From a virus, in the IMG/VR virus record IMGVR_UViG_3300032070_000613, positions 32,001-96,000 of that record: a stretch of DNA of 64,000 nucleotides. One strand, 5' to 3'. Numbering within the stretch: the stretch's first letter is position 1; each line of letters opens with the position of its first letter. The position numbers were made by a program, and so were the translations under genes. Below, one piece after another: positions 49,101-57,875 of this stretch. Under the pieces are notes generated by a model that did no database searches, had not been told where the DNA came from, and saw only the letters and a program-made list of their open reading frames with translations.

Positions 49101-50581
49101 AGCTTTTGGGGCATACGGCTATAAATGATCCTGACGCTCAAAAGAGTTTGAGAAAATATGAGGGGCAGCAGTTTCGAGGGTCGCTGGTAGAGTATCATTA
49201 TTTCATGCAGACGACGGTCTCTACTGACGTACTCCGTATCCCGAAAAATTTAAATGGGTATGCTATTTATGGTGTGCGCTCCGTCCATAATGTGACTGGG
49301 GCCTCATACAAAATCTCCATAGATTTCGCGGGAGATCTCTCCATGCGGGATAGAGAGATAGTGGGAGTCACTCTCGATAAAGATAACATCGTCGTCTATC
49401 TGGATGAGGCTTTTACCATACCTGCTAATGCTATCCTGGAGGTGACTCTGGAGGCGTGCGTACCGGGGAGTGCTCTCGGTGGTGCTACAGCAGATACAGG
49501 TATCACGGTGTCTAGCACTGGAGAGAATCAGGATGCTCTGAGGACCTCGTTTACGTCTAATTTTAATGTAGCGTCTAGAGGAGTGGGTGGGATGTATGTA
49601 GGAGTGCTATATCCTGTTACTCTTACTGGTCTCACTACAATTTTTCCTATAGACCTCGATACTTCTGCGGTATCAGGGCTGGTCGGTGGTACTATACTGG
49701 GTATGATATCGTGTGAGACCAAGGAGAAAACTTATCAGCCATATTTGTGGTATCAGGCGTCGTCACTCCCTCCTCAGAATAATTATTTCACGATGGTGCC
49801 TGTGTCTTCTATTGATCAGCTGGGGACGTCATCGATTATAGTGACTATAGATCCCAGGAAAGCCGTGCAAGCTGGGACGATACTAGTGCCTCTCCTGGTG
49901 AAACTGGCGACGCTGCCGTATCTGGCCGCCTCGTCTGTAGCTACTGCGTTTTATAAGTTTGTGCCGTATCAGACAGTGGGCAATTTGCCTGCTGAGCTCA
50001 CTGTAGAGATCCTGAACATGTCCGATTTCGTATATATCACTAATCTAGGTACTGGAGCCAGTGAGGTGATACGTGGGGAGCCTTATGAGATACCCGCGGA
50101 GCATATAGCAGTGAATGATGACTCCGTGCAGAATGATAATACATTCTCAAACGTGGATGATCTCGATTTTAATAATTTCAGGATAGATACCGGATTCGTG
50201 AAAATGCCTGGTATCCTGTCTCAATATGTGGGAGAGGATATTACTTTATCGAGCCCTAATAACATAGGGGACAAAGTCGGCAGGTCTTTTTATGCGGTCA
50301 GTTCTGTGGATGTCGTAGCGCAGTCTGAGAGTATGACTATAGGTACTCCCAGGAAAGTTTTTGTGCCTATGGTCGCTAGAGTACGATCGGATGTCACGTA
50401 TCCATTCGTAAGGGGTGAGATAGTCCTGCTGATTTTCAGTAAAGTCTATAAAGCCCGTCTCGATAACAAGACAGGATATTTTGAGGATACTGATACGGAG
50501 TATGCTCCTGGGTATATAGAAAACGCTGAGACTGCAGTTTCAGTGTATAGATTGGTTAATAGGCCTCTCGTCCGGAAATAA
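46148..50581 (+). CDS. Tail fibre / baseplate protein with YCF48/BNR beta-propeller
   Basis: FQPGKPILSSELN N-terminus; GWSVGENGTILKTIDGGNNW repeats; VETTKRVQIQYRIR. Confidence 0.75.
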   Translation: MAINQGENVSTSYEGSGYAFDKVYFQPGKPILSSELNLSQEQLETLTQKSTAHMPSGWLSYRPIYTAKDLGNSFYTQDPDAPKPEVALVNGWPVYVTNTNTPLKHINKISFDDNDLRSGSRVDGVFLEVWRSLISPQDSSETVDGTVKPQPIVRVSTLNSVWIYNENIGWSVGENGTILKTIDGGNNWKTINTPINVNFKKVKFLDLDIGYAVSDKGHIIKSVDSGESWFSLDTPITDDLNDLYIIDAQHVCVVGNNGTILLSIDGTHFNLVSQTAGNIDNLYGVTFFDTSVGWTVGDNGALLMTKDGGNSWQKYIVNDSSTSTVITEKLLSVAFYNLNDGIIVGADGLLLRSTDSGFTWANMSSRIWHDGSYQTIQEIFPGSTIDFNRVFIREEFPIRFTIAVYPDSKNFFKNLLYKISPTNYPNSLVLEFTGTQDNINYVKVLDLDSYATSEALRDAINNLTSAYRADDASLPDVQRQKVRVFEASIEYESFSKPSDFRPTSGSFSSINPAQISFSVEDKAWIAGSNGVALVSSNSGSKWEVLDLSTGYDLQDAYFVSDTKGWFSGAQGTIIGYDGGLVSPIETQSTDLITRVQGRIFPEGNVLSMAEDYLKDNIIDPQVGVETTKRVQIQYRIRIVSGIDPFNHPEAGLGHDYVYSMGPSTSVTSAGNYTFTNMGQENGDYGLWRARCRSTYDGYSWAIPMFFVSRRNSGAFNVDNNINGSTYFDLSAIRPDGLTYEQITDDDVTDIRRQVVIQSYSHFLQKNLEKLLSNNLKTSLSDKDQRGLQYGTSILMADQYTGTTDIENLVRGGVSSAAVIVEDQKLLDPNIQITEAELTFGPRDNGLYHNDPAYYSAYVVRDGTPTAEPVQGTWEGLGTNTVIFHIADNFTPAGGTLDGIQYQVTAHYIDYSRVGLTRVPQTPISVKYQADPVNSAQTYYFNGVDARGDRRILEYLTENVSGYMDYTYIYSAKTVLDNVQDQNLYELLGHTAINDPDAQKSLRKYEGQQFRGSLVEYHYFMQTTVSTDVLRIPKNLNGYAIYGVRSVHNVTGASYKISIDFAGDLSMRDREIVGVTLDKDNIVVYLDEAFTIPANAILEVTLEACVPGSALGGATADTGITVSSTGENQDALRTSFTSNFNVASRGVGGMYVGVLYPVTLTGLTTIFPIDLDTSAVSGLVGGTILGMISCETKEKTYQPYLWYQASSLPPQNNYFTMVPVSSIDQLGTSSIIVTIDPRKAVQAGTILVPLLVKLATLPYLAASSVATAFYKFVPYQTVGNLPAELTVEILNMSDFVYITNLGTGASEVIRGEPYEIPAEHIAVNDDSVQNDNTFSNVDDLDFNNFRIDTGFVKMPGILSQYVGEDITLSSPNNIGDKVGRSFYAVSSVDVVAQSESMTIGTPRKVFVPMVARVRSDVTYPFVRGEIVLLIFSKVYKARLDNKTGYFEDTDTEYAPGYIENAETAVSVYRLVNRPLVRK

Positions 50582-50589
50582 AATAGCAA

Positions 50590-51699
50590 ATGGATAACAC
50601 AAATCTCATATATGAAATCCGTAATGCGGATGGCACTATAGATTATGTAGTAAATCTGGGGGCCGTCCTTTATAATGAGCGTGTGCTGAATATCAGCAAT
50701 CTGATCATTCCTCTACGCAGTCAGTCTTTTTTTACGCTCCCTGAGGATAAAGGTAAATTTGCCGCGGTCAATGTTTATTATAATCCGGATGATGGAGTGT
50801 TCGTTTTTGATCCGGTTATAAAATCAGATATTTTTATCCAGAACGTATCCTCAGATGCTCTCTCTAACTATCTCCCTATAGCTCAATTCATCATTCAGGA
50901 AGCCTATGGTAGTTTCGACGTACTCGTCGTCAATCAATTTTCTAAAATGTCGACTTTTTCCATCACCCAGCAGTTTGAGCAGGGTGATAGAGGCTCACAG
51001 GGGCCCGTAGGAGACACGGGACTCGCCGGATATGTGGGAGTGAGGGGATTGACGGGTCTCGATGGTTTGGCGGGGTTTACGGGCTTCCAGGGAGTCACTG
51101 GGATGGGGACGCAGGGTGCGAGGGGTCCTCAGGGGGAGACTGGTTTATATCCGTCTACAGAGTTACTTTATTACAGTAAATTCAAATCTGATAGTATACA
51201 GCTCGTGGATTATTCTGTTTTTGAAAGAGATCTCGTATGGGGTTCTACGGGGGCGGGGTATACGGGGATAGGATATACGGGTGTAGGTTTAGGGGATACA
51301 GGAGAATTTTTTGTTCCTCAGACTTTATCAGCCTATGTAGTTGAGGATGGTATCGTTGATCAGTGTCAGTCGATTACGTATAGAGGTGGGGTGTCTTCTT
51401 ATACGTGTACGGGATTTATAGGGTTCACGGGGACTATTCAGGCGTGGGTGCGTTTAGACGTGCCACCGCAGGCGGATTTTTCTTATGTAGTGAGTACGAG
51501 TAGTTCTTTGAGATATACGTTCACGGATATTTCTACGATGTCTCCTACTCGGTGGGAGTGGGATTTAGGGGATGGTGGAGGGACTGTTACGGCATCCAGT
51601 TTTTCATATTTGTATTCGGCGCATGGGGATTATATAGTGACGCTCCGGGCGTATAATGCCGCGGGAGTTTCTGAGCGTTCTAAAGTCATTACTGTTTAG
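50590..51699 (+). CDS. Collagen-like fibre protein with LamG N-half and PKD domain
   Basis: G-X-Y run (GDRGSQGPVGDTG...); TIQAWVRLD; ADFS...WEWDLGDG. Confidence 0.7.
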   Translation: MDNTNLIYEIRNADGTIDYVVNLGAVLYNERVLNISNLIIPLRSQSFFTLPEDKGKFAAVNVYYNPDDGVFVFDPVIKSDIFIQNVSSDALSNYLPIAQFIIQEAYGSFDVLVVNQFSKMSTFSITQQFEQGDRGSQGPVGDTGLAGYVGVRGLTGLDGLAGFTGFQGVTGMGTQGARGPQGETGLYPSTELLYYSKFKSDSIQLVDYSVFERDLVWGSTGAGYTGIGYTGVGLGDTGEFFVPQTLSAYVVEDGIVDQCQSITYRGGVSSYTCTGFIGFTGTIQAWVRLDVPPQADFSYVVSTSSSLRYTFTDISTMSPTRWEWDLGDGGGTVTASSFSYLYSAHGDYIVTLRAYNAAGVSERSKVITV

Positions 51700-51710
51700 T
51701 AGGTTTTTAT

Positions 51711-52367
51711 ATGGCTATTGTAGCTGATTTCACGGTATCGAGTAGAGTGGGTGACAGTTTCAACACTGTTACTTTCGCTGATGCTTCTACGGGTGTTATT
51801 ACGTCCAGGAAGTGGATATTGGGTGATGGGGAGGTAGTGGAGGGGAATGAGACTACCGTAAAACACACTTATTTGGCTGCGGGTACGTATGATGTGACAC
51901 TCGTTGTACAGGATAGTACGGATCAGGATAGTGAGACTAAAGTCGGGTATATCATAGTCAACGATATTAGGCCTACGCCGAATTTCATTATCATGCAATC
52001 TTTTGAGAGATCTTCTGGATCATACTGGAGGTTTTATATAGACACTGCGTTTCATCTGGTTTTTGAGACGCATCAATATATTTATCGTTCGAACGATAGG
52101 GTGATAGATATCAGGCAGTGGGCTTTAGTGCAGTTTGATTTTCTTTCTGAGAAAATGCACTGGGGATCGTATTTGGGTCATTATAAGGAGATAGGGTCTC
52201 ATAAATCAGTGAATGCGTCTCCTTTGGTTCTTTCGAGGTCGGGGACGGACATAGCTCCTGACAGTACTGTAAAGTTAGATGAGCTTAAAGTGTGGTCGGT
52301 AGAGAAAAATTTGAGTGAGTATCACAGCGCCACTCGAGGTCGAGCGGGCTATTTAGATTTGAGGTGA
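51711..52367 (+). CDS. PKD domain plus LamG C-half protein
   Basis: VADFTVS...WILGDG...HTY; QWALV, KLDELKVWS. Confidence 0.65.
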   Translation: MAIVADFTVSSRVGDSFNTVTFADASTGVITSRKWILGDGEVVEGNETTVKHTYLAAGTYDVTLVVQDSTDQDSETKVGYIIVNDIRPTPNFIIMQSFERSSGSYWRFYIDTAFHLVFETHQYIYRSNDRVIDIRQWALVQFDFLSEKMHWGSYLGHYKEIGSHKSVNASPLVLSRSGTDIAPDSTVKLDELKVWSVEKNLSEYHSATRGRAGYLDLR

Positions 52368-52371
52368 GTAC

Positions 52372-52860
52372 ATGGTCACTGCAGACATTCTTTTATACAA
52401 GAATGGGGAGACGGGGCCGAGCGGAGAGAGCGGCCTTTTTTTGTATGCTGCCCCATTATCCGCTCAGTTTAAAGTCAGTGTGACGAGCGGTATTCCCACG
52501 GCGTTTCATTGGGATTTTGGGGATGGGGGGATTAGTGATGTGCGGGAGCCTTATCATACTTTCAGTTCTTATGGGCGGCATCGGATAGTATTGACTACGA
52601 CTGATTCTGTTGGTACGGATATTTTTATTTTCGATCTTATTCTAGGCAAATTAGATTTTTATGCTGATGTTGTGAGGGGATTGAGTCCTTTGACGGTGCG
52701 GTTTGAGGATCAGAGTGTAGCGCCGCTTGGGTGTCATTTCACCGGGGCTGTCTGGAATTTTGGGGATGGTTTGACGGGTATGGCTCCTAGCATTAGTCAT
52801 GTTTATACTGAGAATGGTAAATATAATGTGAGTCTGAGTGCTTTATTTACTGATGTGTGA
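52372..52860 (+). CDS. Tandem PKD protein
   Basis: GAGGTG RBS; WDFGDG and WNFGDG; HVYTENGKYNVSL. Confidence 0.75.
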   Translation: MVTADILLYKNGETGPSGESGLFLYAAPLSAQFKVSVTSGIPTAFHWDFGDGGISDVREPYHTFSSYGRHRIVLTTTDSVGTDIFIFDLILGKLDFYADVVRGLSPLTVRFEDQSVAPLGCHFTGAVWNFGDGLTGMAPSISHVYTENGKYNVSLSALFTDV

Positions 52861-52895
52861 TGGATGCCTAAATGAATCAATGAATGAGCTGTAGT

Positions 52896-55640
52896 ATGTA
52901 TCGTTTTCCAATCACAATAGATAAGACAAAAGTCAAAGGTACAAATACCAATTTCGTGTATTTGTTTTCAGAACTCTGCTCTTCTATTCCTTCCGGATTC
53001 TGGTCCCATGTTGTTGATACTGTTTCAGGTTTAGATATTCGATTTTTTGATACAGATGGTCTTACAGAACTCAAACGAGAGATAGTATTTTTTGATGTTG
53101 GTGGTCATAAAATAGAGTCATGGGTACTGGTCCCTTCCCTGAATGACGCTTCCGACAAAGTTATTTACTGTCAGTATGGGGTATTAACAAAAGCAAATGA
53201 CTATGACCTCTGGACGATTATCGGGGCCGTCGCAGTATACCATTTTCAAGGAACATCCGACAGCACTCCCAATGCGAATAATGGAACAAACCACGGGGTC
53301 AATTTTCAGGCCGGAAAGATCGGAAACTGTGCGAATTTCGATAGGGTCGACAGCGATTGGATCGACGTACCGAATGCTCCGTCTCTTTTATGTCACACTT
53401 GGAACTATGGGATCACCGCCTGGGTGAAAAATAAAGTTGGGTCGTTGGCGGGGGGAAATACGTATGCGCAGATGTGGAGTGACCCTGTTTCGATGATGAA
53501 TTTTGTAGTTTATGGAGACCCGACCTGGGCCCATATTCTATTAATGATGACGGACACCGGGTCATTTAAATGGGGAGGACACTTTGATTCTCTTAAACCC
53601 TTGACGGAGGACGTCTGGCATCACCTCACGGAGGCAAAAGCTGATGCATTAGTACGCCTTTTAATTGACGGAGAACCAAAAAACACAAATCTTGATTACG
53701 TCGGAGTGCCGTTCCCAACAAATTTAAATCTTGAGATAGGTCGTAGTCGCGCTCCAACTTACATGGATGGAATGATTGACGAGTTACGAATATACTCAGA
53801 TGGTACAATTCCGACAGCAGACTGGACGAATACAGAATACAATAACCAAAACGATCCAGCAACATTTTCTTATTGTGGTCCGGAAGAACATGAAGACATC
53901 AGAATTTTATCTGCTGGTGGTGCTTTTAATTTAGGACCCTACGGTGCTCACAGAAGGATAATGGTTTCTGATGATAATGGGGTAACGTGGAGTACCATTT
54001 ATATAGATGATATTGATGATAAGTTTGTAAGTATCACTAAAGGCGATGGTCAAATAGTTCTTGCTTTAACAGTATCAGGAAAAATTTTTAGATCTACAGA
54101 TAATGGAATAAGTTGGACTGATCTCGGGGATGTTACCGGACCATGCATGCCATTCTTTTTATCTAATAATCCTACAGGACAAGTAAAACATTTAAGTGGG
54201 AGTACTTTTTTAGCTGGTGGGACTCATTTATATAGAACTACTAATAATGGAGATACGTGGACACAGATTAATTTTACGATTCCTGTAGGTTTAGATTTAT
54301 TGCCTGGAATGTATATAGGAGCTATTAAGAAATTAGATAATGGTGATATTTTAATAACTTCAGATATTGACCCGTTTTCTCAATATACACCTAAGATGTA
54401 TTGTTTAAAGTCAGTGGATAATGGATTAACATTTTCCCATATTCCATTGTTAGATACAACATTCACATACCGTCTGCTTTTAAATATAACAGATTTAGGT
54501 AGTGGTAGAATTCTTATAGCTGGGCCTGTATTTGATATTGGCGATCCTAATTTTTATGCATCGGTATATTTGACTACTGATTATGGGTCTACTTGGAATA
54601 GAGTGTGTAAGGAACTTGATACATTACCTCCGGGTAGCGCTTTTACAGATATAGTTAACATAGGATCTGGGACTTTATTTGCTGTCGGATTCAAAAAATA
54701 TTATTTTGGAAGCAATTATTTTTTAGTTGAGGTATCTCATGATAATGGTAGTACATGGTTAAAGGTCAGTGGATATAATAATGGAAAAATTATCTGTGCA
54801 TCTTATATACCATCGATAGGGTTAACTTTTGTCGGAATTGGTGATTACTCAACATTAGGGTATCTTGCAGAGTCAGCCGATCTTGAAGATGGATATAGTT
54901 GGATAGGACTTACCCCCACTGATAAACCAGAAAGAACAAACTCCATAATATTTTTTACTCCCACGTTTCCATCTCTTATCGCCGATTTTATAGGCACCCC
55001 ATTATCAGGTTATTCCCCTTTAACAGTTCAATTTACAGATACTTCTACCGGTTCTCCCTCTACATGGGACTGGGATTTCGGTGATGGTTCTGTATCTACG
55101 GAGCAAAATCCTTCTCATGTCTATACAGTAGCTGGGGTCTATACCGTGACATTGTCTGTCAATGGGGGAGCTAGTACTAAAACAAGAACAGATTATATCA
55201 CTGTTAATATAGCGGCTGATTTTACAGGGTTCCCTATTGAAGGGGAAGCGCCTCTATCTGTTGTTTTTACTGATACCTCTACAGGCTCTCCGGATACGTG
55301 GTTGTGGGAATTTGGAGACGGTACTACATCTACTAGTCATAATCCCACCCATATCTATACGACATCTGGAGCATATACCATCAAATTGACGGCATCTAAA
55401 GGGGCTATTTCAGATATTAAAATAAAAACTGAATATATCATAGTTCTGGTCAATTATCCTACTTTAGTCACTGAAGATTATGCTGTCTCACCGGAAAGAC
55501 TTGATGTCAGGACAATGCATGCCAGTTCTGTAGGGAATTATCTGTTTATAAAAAAAGGTATAAGAATAATTCTTAAGTCTCAAGATACGGGCGATAGCGG
55601 ATTTATACGACCGAACGGACCGACGGTTGTATTTGATTAA
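52896..55640 (+). CDS. DUF2341-LamG-BNR (sialidase-like propeller)-2xPKD adhesin
   Basis: GLDIRFFD..TELKREI; GMIDELRI...TEYNNQ; Asp-boxes SxDNGxTW; PKD pair; start 52896 inferred from the paralogue at 63547 (ORF track gives 52884). Confidence 0.75.
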   Translation: MYRFPITIDKTKVKGTNTNFVYLFSELCSSIPSGFWSHVVDTVSGLDIRFFDTDGLTELKREIVFFDVGGHKIESWVLVPSLNDASDKVIYCQYGVLTKANDYDLWTIIGAVAVYHFQGTSDSTPNANNGTNHGVNFQAGKIGNCANFDRVDSDWIDVPNAPSLLCHTWNYGITAWVKNKVGSLAGGNTYAQMWSDPVSMMNFVVYGDPTWAHILLMMTDTGSFKWGGHFDSLKPLTEDVWHHLTEAKADALVRLLIDGEPKNTNLDYVGVPFPTNLNLEIGRSRAPTYMDGMIDELRIYSDGTIPTADWTNTEYNNQNDPATFSYCGPEEHEDIRILSAGGAFNLGPYGAHRRIMVSDDNGVTWSTIYIDDIDDKFVSITKGDGQIVLALTVSGKIFRSTDNGISWTDLGDVTGPCMPFFLSNNPTGQVKHLSGSTFLAGGTHLYRTTNNGDTWTQINFTIPVGLDLLPGMYIGAIKKLDNGDILITSDIDPFSQYTPKMYCLKSVDNGLTFSHIPLLDTTFTYRLLLNITDLGSGRILIAGPVFDIGDPNFYASVYLTTDYGSTWNRVCKELDTLPPGSAFTDIVNIGSGTLFAVGFKKYYFGSNYFLVEVSHDNGSTWLKVSGYNNGKIICASYIPSIGLTFVGIGDYSTLGYLAESADLEDGYSWIGLTPTDKPERTNSIIFFTPTFPSLIADFIGTPLSGYSPLTVQFTDTSTGSPSTWDWDFGDGSVSTEQNPSHVYTVAGVYTVTLSVNGGASTKTRTDYITVNIAADFTGFPIEGEAPLSVVFTDTSTGSPDTWLWEFGDGTTSTSHNPTHIYTTSGAYTIKLTASKGAISDIKIKTEYIIVLVNYPTLVTEDYAVSPERLDVRTMHASSVGNYLFIKKGIRIILKSQDTGDSGFIRPNGPTVVFD

Positions 55641-55666
55641 ATAAAAATGTTAGTTTTATTTAATTT

Positions 55667-56281
55667 ATGAACAAATGTATACATGTTGTTTGTGTTAATA
55701 ATTATAGACTAGATATAGTATGTAAAACTATTCCTTCTCTTCAATTTTACGCTAAAAGGATCGGTGCTAATTTTAATTTGATAACTGATCGTAAATATCC
55801 AGAATGGCCCGTGACCTATGAAAAAATGCAGGTATATGATATAGGAAAAAAATATGACTGCAACATACTGTTAGATTGTGACATATTATTAGATCAAAAA
55901 ATGTATGATATTACAGAGATAGTACCTTCAAATTGTATTGGTACCTGGATGGTATATGATCCTGCTATTACAATTAAAGAGGATGAATTTATTAAACTGG
56001 ATGGGTCTGATAGGATACCTGTGACTAATTGTATTGTTACCAGGCAGTCTCAGCATGAATTTTGGAAGCCTTTTGATAGCATATCGATGGTGACAGCTTT
56101 GTCTAGAATGAAAAGGGAATTTGTTATAGATGAGTATTGTGTAGGAAGAAATACTAAAAAAAATAATTTTTCTATAGTTGGAATTATAGAAAAAAGAGCG
56201 GAAAATAAACTGTTTTTTCATGGAAATATTACAACAGAAAGTAATTCTGAATTTTTTTCACAATTAAATAACATTAAATAG
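55667..56281 (+). CDS. GT-A fold glycosyltransferase-like protein
   Basis: YAKRIGANF, YEKMQV, DxD motif LDCD, DEY, FFH. Confidence 0.65.
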   Translation: MNKCIHVVCVNNYRLDIVCKTIPSLQFYAKRIGANFNLITDRKYPEWPVTYEKMQVYDIGKKYDCNILLDCDILLDQKMYDITEIVPSNCIGTWMVYDPAITIKEDEFIKLDGSDRIPVTNCIVTRQSQHEFWKPFDSISMVTALSRMKREFVIDEYCVGRNTKKNNFSIVGIIEKRAENKLFFHGNITTESNSEFFSQLNNIK

Positions 56282-56290
56282 GATGGATTT

Positions 56291-57871
56291 ATGAAAACAG
56301 CAGTAGTTACCGTTACGATTGGTGTCAAATTTGAAGAGATGAGCAAACTAACACATCCATCTATTAAAGTTTATGCTGATAAGATTGGGGCTGAGTTTAT
56401 AGTTCTTAATAAACAAAATCAGTTGTCTCCCACCCCTCATTTTGAGAAATTTCAGCTATATTATTTATTAAATAAATATGATAGGATCATTTATCTGGAT
56501 ACTGACCTTATATTACGAAAAGATTGTCCAAATTTATTTGATATAGTTCCAGAATCAAAATTTGGAGCTTTTAATGAAGGAGCCTTTTGTGAACGAGTTC
56601 AAGCTTTTCAAATGGCTCAGCAGCAGCACAAAATTTTTATCAGAAATTGGAATGGGAAGTATTTCAATTCCGGTGTGATGGTTATCTCGCGTATGCACAA
56701 ATTTTTATTTAAGTTACCTGAAAATACTGATCTTAATTTCTACGAACAAAGTTATTTAAATCTCATGTTACATAGCAACCAAGTAGAAATGTTCGATTTG
56801 GATTCAAATTTTAATAGAATGAGTTGTATCGATAGCAAAACAGGATTGCACAGATTAAATAGTTATATTGTTCATTATGCTGGTGCGCCGGATTCAATGG
56901 ATGTAAATCAGATTATCCGAGCAGATTTTGAAGTTTGGGAGAAAGATAATTATCCACGAAAAAGAAATATTTTATATAGACCTCAAGGTGGTCTTGGAGA
57001 CGTAATATGCTCTGAGCCTACTGCTAGACATTTGTTGAACACCATGTATAAAGATACAAACTTTTTAATAGAAACTTGGTTTCCTAGAGTATTTAGCCAT
57101 TTACCTTGTAGAGTTTTTAAAGTAGGTCAGTTTCAACCAGAGCGGGATATTCCATATTATGTTATAGTTTCTATGACTCCGCCGGAGCATATATCGTGGC
57201 AGTTTATGTCAGTAAATTTAATGCACACTATCGATTTTTCAAGTCTTATCAGTTGTCGTAAGATTTTACCTGACAATGAAAAGAATATTAAATTAGCTGT
57301 TAGTTTAGAAGATATAAAGGAAATCACTGAGATTATTGGTATAACATCTTTGATTGATTTTGTTTTAATACATCCGGGTAAAGGTTGGCCTAGTAAAACT
57401 TTTCCGAATAATTTCTGGTCTGATATAATCGATGGATTGGTGAAAGCAAATAAAAAAGTTATTTTAATAGGAAAATACGTATCAGGTGAACAAGGAGTGA
57501 CTGATATCAAATTCGATCATGAGAATGTACTCGATCTTAGAAATTTAACCAGTCTAGGTGGATTAATTGGTTTAATCAGCCAAGCTAAAATTCTTATCTC
57601 AAATGATTCAGCCCCCATACATATTGCGGGTGCTTTTGATAATGAAATAATATTAATTCCAACGTGTAAGCATCCTGATTGGTGCTTGCCCTATCGTAAT
57701 GGTAACAAATATTACAAAACTCAAGCTTTATATAAAAAAGCTTTATGGGATACATATGATTCAGCCCCTACTAATATTAATGGTGAGGCAGTAGATCGAG
57801 TTAATGGTAATTATGAAGATTATTTACCAGATCCTCAAACTGTCATAGATGCCGTTATTAAAATAGGATAG
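56291..57871 (+). CDS. GT8-like plus GT9 (heptosyltransferase-like) fusion glycosyltransferase
   Basis: YLDTD, YFNSGVM, YEQSYLN, IVHYAG; then GGLGDVI, LIHPG, SNDSAPIHIAGA. Confidence 0.85.
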   Translation: MKTAVVTVTIGVKFEEMSKLTHPSIKVYADKIGAEFIVLNKQNQLSPTPHFEKFQLYYLLNKYDRIIYLDTDLILRKDCPNLFDIVPESKFGAFNEGAFCERVQAFQMAQQQHKIFIRNWNGKYFNSGVMVISRMHKFLFKLPENTDLNFYEQSYLNLMLHSNQVEMFDLDSNFNRMSCIDSKTGLHRLNSYIVHYAGAPDSMDVNQIIRADFEVWEKDNYPRKRNILYRPQGGLGDVICSEPTARHLLNTMYKDTNFLIETWFPRVFSHLPCRVFKVGQFQPERDIPYYVIVSMTPPEHISWQFMSVNLMHTIDFSSLISCRKILPDNEKNIKLAVSLEDIKEITEIIGITSLIDFVLIHPGKGWPSKTFPNNFWSDIIDGLVKANKKVILIGKYVSGEQGVTDIKFDHENVLDLRNLTSLGGLIGLISQAKILISNDSAPIHIAGAFDNEIILIPTCKHPDWCLPYRNGNKYYKTQALYKKALWDTYDSAPTNINGEAVDRVNGNYEDYLPDPQTVIDAVIKIG

Positions 57872-57875
57872 TTAT

